A stretch of DNA of 13,754 nucleotides from positions 1-13,754 of the forward strand of contig JBDRKX010000092.1 of assembly GCA_043813605.1 (NCBI GenBank), written 5' to 3'. Numbering within the stretch: position 1 is the first letter of the stretch; every line of letters starts with the position of its first letter. Shown here piece by piece: positions 6,810 to 13,754 of this stretch. The position numbers were made by a program, and so were the translations under genes. Source of the DNA: Elusimicrobiota bacterium (GTDB lineage Bacteria > CG03 > SLGR01 > JBDRKX01). The notes below the pieces were generated by a model that was given only the letters and a program-made list of their open reading frames with translations, ran no database searches and was not told the origin of the DNA.

Positions 6810-8795
6810 GTGAAACTAAAGAGATTAATCACTGTTTTTGTGATCATTATCAGTTTGGCGGTGAATTTATATGCTTCAACCGCAAAAAAAATATACTGGT
6901 TTATTCCTGACGGGATGAGGGCCGATCCCAAAACATTCAATGTCTTTAAATGGGCCCGTCAAGGAAAGTTACCCAACATAAAAAGGATGATGGAAAACGG
7001 TTCTTACGGGTATTGTATCCCGGTTTTCCCTTCACATACTCCGGTGAATTTCGCTTCTCTGTTGACCGGAGCCTATCCTAAGACCCATGGAGTTGCAGAC
7101 GGCCCCATGCATATAGAGAACAGGCCGTTAAACCGGGTATCAGTCGGAGGTTTCAGTTCGGTTGCGAAAAAAGTACCGCCTATCTGGATAAACATGGAAG
7201 AAAACAACAAAGATGTTGTTTTGCTTTCAATGCCCGGCTCGACACCTCCTGAACTCGATGAAGGCATAACTATCAGGGGGAGATGGGGGGGGTGGGGCGC
7301 GGATTTCCACGCACTGAATTTTCAGGCAAGAGAAAATCTGTCTCAAAGAAAAAAACAGGGCCGCGCATCAAGACTCTTCTTTTTCGGCCCGGAATTGACA
7401 AAATATATTGATTATGAGCCTGCCGCCGGATGGGTAAATGGTCCGGTTTCATTCAGCCAGCCGCTGGAAATTATCATGGAAGGATGGGGAACGGAAATAT
7501 TCGGATACATCTATGACAGTAAAGACGATGAGATACCGGATTATGACAGGATCGCTTTTTCTTTAAACAAAAAGGATATTATCTCTGATATAACTCATGG
7601 TGAGTGGGGTGACTGGTGTCCCGTAAAGCTTAATTGGCAGGGAAAGAGTATAGATTCAGATGTTAAGTGCAAAATAATAAAATTGGACATGGATAAAGAG
7701 GGCAGCCTTTTCTTTAGAATAAGATGTTTTTATAATAACCTGAACGAATATATCACACAACCTCCTGAAATCGCCGGGGAAGTAATAGATAATGTCGGAC
7801 CAATGGTTGATTTCGTGGATAATTTCCCTCCACAGCTAATATACTATCCTGAAGACAAAGACACATTTTTGGAAGAGGCGGATATGTCTTTGGTATGGCA
7901 TAAAAACGCTGCAGAAATGATCCTTGAAAAATATGATCCGGACGTATTTATTCATGACATATATACACCGAACCAAATGCTTACCAGCAGATGGTGGCTC
8001 GGGTATATCGATCCGGTAAGCAGCCGGTATGATGAAGTTGCAGAAGACCAAAGAACAGAGCTTTGGAATGAAGTTCTGGATATGTACACAAAACTGGATG
8101 ATATTATCGGCGAGTATCTTAAAAAAGCCGATGAAGATACTTTGATCGTTCTGAGTTCAGATCACGGCGCAGTACCGTTGAATAAATGGGTGCATCTCAA
8201 TAATCTTTTTGCGCGGGAAGGGCTGCTGAAATTCACTATCGATGAAAAATCCGGCGAACCCATAATTAACCGGGAAGAGTCAAAAGTCATATATTTAAAG
8301 ATGGATAATGTTTATATTCATCCTGAAGGACTGGCCGGCAACTGGATAAGGGCAAGTGGGCCGGAATACGAAAAACTGCGTGACAAAGTGATAGAACTGC
8401 TTAATAACCTTAAAGATGAACATAGTGATAAACCTGTTGCGGCGGCCGTGAAATGGGAAGATGTCAGGGATTACTGGGATCTTCCGGAAGATAGAGTGGG
8501 GGACCTGATAATTGCAAATAAATCGGGGTTCGGGTGGAATGAAGAATTTACTGCTGATTTAAAAATATTTTCAATACCGCTTAAAACCGGTTATAAACAG
8601 GCGATCTTACCCGATGAGACCAAAGGCATGTGGACTCCGTTCATTATTATGGGGCCGGGAGTAAAAAAGGATCATAAAATAAAAAAACCCATCAAGATGA
8701 TCGATCAATATCCCACAATAATGCATCTTATGGGATTGGAAATACCGGATTTTGTCGAAGGGCAGGAACTGAAAGAATTATATGATAAAAAATAA
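6810..8795 (+). CDS. Exported alkaline-phosphatase-superfamily protein (NPP / type I phosphodiesterase-like)
   Basis: GGGAGG SD at 6799-6804, GTG start, signal peptide, PDGMR (D34), PSHTPVNFASLLTG (T77), SSDHG (D451/H452), PFIIMGPG...IDQYPT. Confidence 0.85.
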   Translation: MKLKRLITVFVIIISLAVNLYASTAKKIYWFIPDGMRADPKTFNVFKWARQGKLPNIKRMMENGSYGYCIPVFPSHTPVNFASLLTGAYPKTHGVADGPMHIENRPLNRVSVGGFSSVAKKVPPIWINMEENNKDVVLLSMPGSTPPELDEGITIRGRWGGWGADFHALNFQARENLSQRKKQGRASRLFFFGPELTKYIDYEPAAGWVNGPVSFSQPLEIIMEGWGTEIFGYIYDSKDDEIPDYDRIAFSLNKKDIISDITHGEWGDWCPVKLNWQGKSIDSDVKCKIIKLDMDKEGSLFFRIRCFYNNLNEYITQPPEIAGEVIDNVGPMVDFVDNFPPQLIYYPEDKDTFLEEADMSLVWHKNAAEMILEKYDPDVFIHDIYTPNQMLTSRWWLGYIDPVSSRYDEVAEDQRTELWNEVLDMYTKLDDIIGEYLKKADEDTLIVLSSDHGAVPLNKWVHLNNLFAREGLLKFTIDEKSGEPIINREESKVIYLKMDNVYIHPEGLAGNWIRASGPEYEKLRDKVIELLNNLKDEHSDKPVAAAVKWEDVRDYWDLPEDRVGDLIIANKSGFGWNEEFTADLKIFSIPLKTGYKQAILPDETKGMWTPFIIMGPGVKKDHKIKKPIKMIDQYPTIMHLMGLEIPDFVEGQELKELYDKK

Positions 8796-10722
8796 AGTCA
8801 TTCTTGTTCTGCTCATATTATTCGCGGTTGCTTCAGCGTATGGACAGGATGCAGACGCTCCAAAAAAGTTTCTAAAGGATGTTTTTAAAGAAACGGGTGT
8901 ATATAACAGCAATATAGATGATTTTATAATTAGAAAAGATATTTTAAGGACAGGTAAAGAAAACAGTTTCAGGACGATCATTGCTGAAAAAGACGGTAAA
9001 AGAATAAAGATCGAGGTTACAAATAATATCGATCCCGAATCAGCAGAAAAATATATAGAAGAAAGGCGTCATGTAATAAATTCACTATACAGGCATGTTC
9101 CTTCTCCATATCCGGGAATGATCTCGAATACTATAGAAATCCCCCAGCAACTCAAACCAAAGGTGTTGAATATAGATTTTGAAAACAAAGAAAAAGAGGT
9201 CACCATATTATCGAGTACTGCCAGGTTTACTTATGGAGCAAGCGCGGAAGACCTGATAAAATACCGGGGCGGCCTGCTGTTTTTGTATGATGAAAATAAA
9301 AATAGTTTGTATAGAATAGATCTGTTTATTCCAAAAGAGGAGTTCAATCAGAAAGAAGCAGTCGGCATAATGGGCTCATTCAAGTTCGAAAATACCGGAA
9401 ACAGAGAGAACGGTCCGCTGAAGGTAAAAAAAGGATGGAAATATCTGAAAGGCTATAACCTGATCGTTATAGGTTTTGAGCCGTTAGGCGCCAATCATGT
9501 CGGCGCGTATGGATACTCAAAAAATACTACTCCTAATCTGGATGAGTTCGCTAAGAATTCCTTTTTATTTAAAAACGCTGTCAGTCCGTCAAGCTGGACG
9601 CTGCCGGTATTTATGTCATGGTTCACATCCCTATATCCTTCACAGCACAGGATCACAAATAAATACTGCATATATACTGAAGAAGTCCAGGAGATATCTA
9701 ATCTGAAAAAACTTTCACCTGAAGCAGTTACTCTGGCGCAGGTACTGAAAGAAAACAGATATTCAACAGCGGGATTTACCGGAGATGCAGGGATCAACGG
9801 GATGTTCGGATATGATTCGGGATTTGATGTTTATTTTGACAGCATTACTTTTGCCGGATTTGATATAACCATGCCTATGGCTGCGGAATGGATCAGGGGA
9901 CACGAGAAAGACAAGTTTTTTCTGTTTATACAGGGTTATGATGTGCATGGCAGGCATGAGTTGCCGGTAGCGCTTGAAAGATCAAAAGAAAAAAGAAATT
10001 TCAGCGGTACTGTAGATGATTACTGGAAGTTGAGAAATCTGAACCTCGACCAGGGTTATGTCGAAATGGATGACAAAGATGTGAGATTCTGGAGGGACTG
10101 GTACGACAGAAAGATATTCGAATCAGATAAGCGATTTGGAAAATTCCTGGCGGAATTCGACAATATGGATATTTCAAGAAAAACTGTAATAGTAGTCGCT
10201 TCCGGTTCCGGTAACGAATTTTTTGAACATGAAAGAATAGATCATGGACACAGTCTATATGATGAGCTGACACACGTCCCGTTAATAATAAGAATACCGG
10301 GGAAAAAGTCCCGGGAGATAAAAATCCAGGTTAGAATGATAGATCTGATGCCTACAATACTAACGGTTTTGAATATACCGGTTGAAAAAAAAGTAAAAAA
10401 CCAGATGCAGGGAATAAGTCTAATCCCGGTTATGGAAGGCAGGAAATATGATCTTGACGCCTTTTCCGAGACCGATTATTTATTGAGTTCTTTTAAGCGT
10501 TCTGTCAGGACCAGTGACGGGTGGAAATATATTTACTCGATGGACACGGAGGTAAGAGAACTGTATGATCTGAATAAAGACCCCGGAGAATCGAACAATT
10601 TAATTGAGCAAGAAACGGATACCGCTTATAAACTCGAGCAGAAGCTTTTCCGCTGGCTTAAAAAAATGGGGCAAAATAAAAATTATCATATTAAAATACA
10701 GCAGGAAACACTAAAACAATAA
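8782..10722 (+). CDS. Exported sulfatase-fold protein with an N-terminal unknown domain and a degenerate metal site
   Basis: Signal peptide (ASAYG/Q), about 190-aa N-terminal domain, then YGYSKNTTPNLD, SSWTLP, DHGHSLYDELTHVPL, IDLMPT, ELYDLNKDPGE. Overlaps the upstream gene by 14 nt. Confidence 0.85.
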   Translation: MIKNKVILVLLILFAVASAYGQDADAPKKFLKDVFKETGVYNSNIDDFIIRKDILRTGKENSFRTIIAEKDGKRIKIEVTNNIDPESAEKYIEERRHVINSLYRHVPSPYPGMISNTIEIPQQLKPKVLNIDFENKEKEVTILSSTARFTYGASAEDLIKYRGGLLFLYDENKNSLYRIDLFIPKEEFNQKEAVGIMGSFKFENTGNRENGPLKVKKGWKYLKGYNLIVIGFEPLGANHVGAYGYSKNTTPNLDEFAKNSFLFKNAVSPSSWTLPVFMSWFTSLYPSQHRITNKYCIYTEEVQEISNLKKLSPEAVTLAQVLKENRYSTAGFTGDAGINGMFGYDSGFDVYFDSITFAGFDITMPMAAEWIRGHEKDKFFLFIQGYDVHGRHELPVALERSKEKRNFSGTVDDYWKLRNLNLDQGYVEMDDKDVRFWRDWYDRKIFESDKRFGKFLAEFDNMDISRKTVIVVASGSGNEFFEHERIDHGHSLYDELTHVPLIIRIPGKKSREIKIQVRMIDLMPTILTVLNIPVEKKVKNQMQGISLIPVMEGRKYDLDAFSETDYLLSSFKRSVRTSDGWKYIYSMDTEVRELYDLNKDPGESNNLIEQETDTAYKLEQKLFRWLKKMGQNKNYHIKIQQETLKQ

Positions 10723-10756
10723 TGCGGCATCGCGGTAAAATATCCGCAGGTTTGAA

Positions 10757-12631
10757 ATGAAAAAAATACATCTTATCCTAATATGTTCTGCGATAACTCT
10801 GGTTTTCCTGTATGTAGGGCGTGCCAATCGCGATATAAACGTTATCTTTGTGCTGCTGGATGGCGCCCGCGCGGATCATTTATCCAGTTATAATTATGAC
10901 AAAAATACAACTCCTAACATCGACAGGATAGCGGCCGGCGGAGCCTTGTTCCTTAACCATTTTTCCAATGCAACCGCAACGCTGAAATCGGTACCAAGGT
11001 ACATGAGCTCAAGGTATTACTCCGCGCCTATTTTCCAGCATGATTCCTTTATGTGGGGCATAAGAACTCCCTGGGAAGCCGAGAATATCCTTGACGCATT
11101 TGATGATGAACAGATCATTCTCCCTGAAGTTTTAGAAATTAATGGATATAAAACAGCAATATTCACTAATCATGGCTGGTTTGATGAGCGTACCTATTTA
11201 GTGCGGAAGTTTATGAGCGCTTTCAGATATGAAGTGTCTCAAACAGATGCTGAAGATGAAAATTATTTCCCTGAAATGATCTCATGGATCAGAAATAACA
11301 AGGAAAATAAGTTTTTCATATATTGTCATATAATGTCCCCTCACCCGCCATATCCTCCTAACCGGGAAGAAGAAGAGTTTCTGAAAGCATTTAATGAATT
11401 GGAAATAGACGGTGTAAGAAGGAAGTTCCATAGATTGAACAAAAACGAACCGTGGACAGCGAAACAGCTTGAAATACTTGAAGGACTATATGACAGCGAT
11501 CTGAAACATACAGATAAGCTGATAGGAATGCTTTACGACGATCTTAAAGAAATGGGATTAAGCGATAATACCTTGATCGTAATAACAGCAGACCATGGCT
11601 GGGGACTTGGAGAGCATGAGAGCCTGCGCTGCGGCAGTCTGCCGTGGGATTCCGAGTTGAAAATACCTCTTATTATGAGTTGTCCCAAAGCGGTCCCTGC
11701 CGGTAAAAAAATAAAGAAGTTAACAGAATCGGTTGATGTGGTGCCTACGATTCTGGATCTTTGCGGGTTAAAAATGCCTGAAGGAAAGACGCTTGACGGG
11801 GTGAATCTTAAAAAAGTAATGCACGGGAAATCCCCGGGAAAAGAAGCAGTATTTACCGAACAATCAATAAGGACTAAGAAATATAAATACATTACCAAAC
11901 CCGACGGATACCGGCTTCTCTACAATATTGAAAAGGATCCCCGCGAAACGCGGGATATTAAAGAAGAACATCCCGTAGTAGCCGACAGATTACATTCTAA
12001 ACTTGTTGAAACAATGGAGCCTTATAAAAACCGGTTTGAAAACGCTAAGCTTAAACCGCCTTTGAAATTCCCTTTTTATTTTAATATGAAACAATTTGAG
12101 ATCATGGCGGAAAACATGATCAAAGTAAACACAAGAAAAGGTTATAATGACGCTGCCGTAAAAAGGTCGGCCGGGCATTCATGGATATTGAATGAATTTT
12201 ATTTAGGGGATCTTTATTCTATTCCTCAAAATAAACGGGTAGAATCAATATCTATTAACGCACCCCTGCCAAATGGCGATTATGATATATATTTGCTGTT
12301 GGAATCCGCTAAGATTATCGAACAGGGACATCTTAAAGACCTGGGTCTGAAAGCCAGATTTGAACATACTGAAGAATTTGCATATCCGCTGGATATAAGC
12401 TATCCGATAGAGCAGGATAATAAAACCTGTTATCTGAACATGGGTAAAGCCATGATAAAAAACGGCAGATTTCGCATGGAATTGGACTTTATGCCTCCGG
12501 ATATGCGGGTTTATAAATTGCGTCATATCAAGTTTATTCCTGAGGGCAGTGAAGAATATCAAAAAAAGGCTATTTCCAAAAAGAAAATAACAAGATTAAA
12601 AGATCAATTGAAATCACAGGGGTATTGGTAG
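10757..12631 (+). CDS. Membrane-anchored or exported sulfatase-fold protein with a C-terminal extra domain
   Basis: N-terminal hydrophobic segment, LLDGARADH (D35), TTPNID, ATATLKS (T75), HIMSPHPPY, TADHG (D279/H280), VDVVPT, LYNIEKDPRE, terminal LKSQGYW. Confidence 0.85.
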   Translation: MKKIHLILICSAITLVFLYVGRANRDINVIFVLLDGARADHLSSYNYDKNTTPNIDRIAAGGALFLNHFSNATATLKSVPRYMSSRYYSAPIFQHDSFMWGIRTPWEAENILDAFDDEQIILPEVLEINGYKTAIFTNHGWFDERTYLVRKFMSAFRYEVSQTDAEDENYFPEMISWIRNNKENKFFIYCHIMSPHPPYPPNREEEEFLKAFNELEIDGVRRKFHRLNKNEPWTAKQLEILEGLYDSDLKHTDKLIGMLYDDLKEMGLSDNTLIVITADHGWGLGEHESLRCGSLPWDSELKIPLIMSCPKAVPAGKKIKKLTESVDVVPTILDLCGLKMPEGKTLDGVNLKKVMHGKSPGKEAVFTEQSIRTKKYKYITKPDGYRLLYNIEKDPRETRDIKEEHPVVADRLHSKLVETMEPYKNRFENAKLKPPLKFPFYFNMKQFEIMAENMIKVNTRKGYNDAAVKRSAGHSWILNEFYLGDLYSIPQNKRVESISINAPLPNGDYDIYLLLESAKIIEQGHLKDLGLKARFEHTEEFAYPLDISYPIEQDNKTCYLNMGKAMIKNGRFRMELDFMPPDMRVYKLRHIKFIPEGSEEYQKKAISKKKITRLKDQLKSQGYW

Positions 12632-12650
12632 GATCTTAAGAGAAGATCCT
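12630..12650. terminator. Hairpin between convergent genes, possible terminator
   Basis: AGGATCTT (12630-12637), 5-nt loop, AAGATCCT (12643-12650): perfect 8-bp stem overlapping the stop codon. Poor U-tract. Confidence 0.45.
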
Positions 12651-12708
12651 TAATGGGTGCAAAAAAAGACAATTTCCGGCATATCGGATATTAATGCAAA
12701 ATACCGGG

Positions 12709-12999
12709 TTATTCGGAAAAAAAGATAACCTGTTTTTTTGAGGATCTTCTGTAGAGGCAGAATTTCCGGCCGATCGATTGTATCAGTTCGGCGTTCGCCA
12801 GTTCGGCAGTTTTAGTGAAAGCCTCTTTGCTGTCTATGGGACAGCTCTGCAGGATGGATATTTTTACCAATTCGTGGTTTTCAAGTATTCTATCCAGTTC
12901 TTCTAAAACTGTTGAGCTCAGCCCGTCTTTTCCGATATGGAGTTTCGGTTTCAGCTGGTTACACATTCTTTTTAAATATTTTTTATTACTGCTTATCAT
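12709..12999 (-). CDS. yhbY: YhbY / CRM-domain RNA-binding protein
   Basis: 96 aa with LKPKLHIGKDGL, HELVKISIL, LIQSIGRKFCLYR. GGAG upstream. Confidence 0.92.
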   Translation of the reverse strand: MISSNKKYLKRMCNQLKPKLHIGKDGLSSTVLEELDRILENHELVKISILQSCPIDSKEAFTKTAELANAELIQSIGRKFCLYRRSSKKQVIFFSE

Positions 13000-13070
13000 G
13001 TCTTGCTATATCTCCAGTCAAATAGATGTTAATAAATAGTCGGAACAGAAGCAATAGACAGTTAAAACGT

Positions 13071-13626
13071 TCAGTTGGGGCAATGGTGGCGGCAGGCGTT
13101 TAACTGTTTATCGTTAACAAAAAGCGCGTCAGATATACCCCGATCGAGAAGAGTTTCACGGTTAAATGTGTCCACAGGTTTAAATTCAACCAGATCACCT
13201 GATAACGAGCAGGCTCTTTTTGCCCGTTCAAAGACCATGTTCTGTGCCGGGCACCAGCCGTTTATAAATGCTGTTACAATAACTTTGTCATTGTTTTGTT
13301 CAGGTCTTTTCTTCTGTTTGATCCAGCGGGGCGGGGTTATATCCCCGTTGAGCGGTTTGTACATAAGTAAAGCAGGCCCGTCTTTGTCGGATCTTATATA
13401 CCCGTGTTTCCTGAACCATGAAGCTTTCATCCAGAACGGAAGGCTTATTCCCCATGCGATCCTTTTGCGCCCAGGTTCTTCACTTCTTCTTCAGCGGCTT
13501 TTAGCATGGCTTTGCCCATGCCTTTTTTCTGGAAATTACCCCGGCCTCTTTTATCTCATCAGACCAGTCTTCAAGACAAAGACAGAATGTATCCAGATGT
13601 TTCTCGTCTAAATCTATTATTTTCAT
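13071..13626 (-). pseudogene. Decayed GNAT-family (YoaP-like) acetyltransferase
   Basis: ATG13626 gives MKIIDLDEKHLDTFCLCLEDWSDEIKEAG. Frame change near 13543 to GNFQKKGMGKAMLKAAEEEVKNLGAKG (acetyl-CoA motif A, QxxGxG). Second change near 13460 to IAWGISLPFWMKASWFRKHGY...GWCP. A probable third change lies near 13093. Confidence 0.8.
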
Positions 13627-13727
13627 ACGGTTGTTTCTTTTTTACTGTGATATGAATATTTTATAATGTTCTCAGCAAAATGTATAACACTTATATATAA
13701 TAAAAACGATTGAATAAATAGGATCAT
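13623..13727 (-). CDS. Candidate 34-aa micro-ORF coupled to the GNAT start
   Basis: AAGGAG (13740-13735), 7-nt spacer, ATG13727. Reads MILFIQSFLLYISVIHFAENIIKYSYHSKKETTV. Its TGA overlaps the GNAT ATG (ATGA). Confidence 0.4.
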   Translation of the reverse strand: MILFIQSFLLYISVIHFAENIIKYSYHSKKETTV

Positions 13728-13754
13728 ATATTAACTCCTTTAAAAATAACAATA

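Noticed and set aside
8782..12631. Calling the two sulfatase-fold genes arylsulfatases that feed sulfur to CysK
   Set aside because: Neither has C/S-x-P-x-R, no maturase or sulfate-reduction gene is in the window, and cysK is over 5 kb away with its own promoter.
531..13039. Short overlapping ORFs in the track (for example 2555-2962, 3262-3663, 3815-4249, 6692-6940, 11533-11898, 12815-13039)
   Set aside because: They lie antisense or out of frame over well-supported genes and show no family motifs.
13075..13611. 178-aa plus-strand ORF
   Set aside because: Antisense shadow of the GNAT pseudogene with no recognisable motifs.
1..13754. CRISPR array, tRNA/rRNA, IS element, prophage or stop-codon reassignment
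   Set aside because: No spaced direct repeats, cloverleaf motifs, transposase or integrase ORFs were seen. TGA and TAG end genes at expected positions, and all gene breaks are frameshifts rather than in-frame stops.

Overview
AT-rich bacterial chromosomal window (standard code 11, probably a diderm because it encodes a beta-barrel-like protein). No rRNA, tRNA, CRISPR array or mobile element is visible. Plus strand, in order: Lys-rich micro-ORF(s), an OsmC-family gene split at an A6 run, a DUF2892/YgaP-like membrane protein, a putative outer-membrane beta-barrel, a broken small membrane-protein gene, cysK, a DEAD-box RNA helicase, a zinc-ribbon membrane protein, typA/bipA split at an A7 run, and three consecutive exported alkaline-phosphatase-superfamily genes. 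Minus strand: yhbY and a decayed GNAT/YoaP-like gene preceded by a coupled micro-ORF. The best candidate for an undescribed system is the three-gene cluster at 6810-12631. All three proteins have Thr at the nucleophile position and none has the C/S-x-P-x-R formylglycine motif. Two have lost canonical metal ligands and two carry extra uncharacterised domains, so the usual 'sulfatase' label is probably wrong. Family assignments come from motif recognition only; no searches were run.
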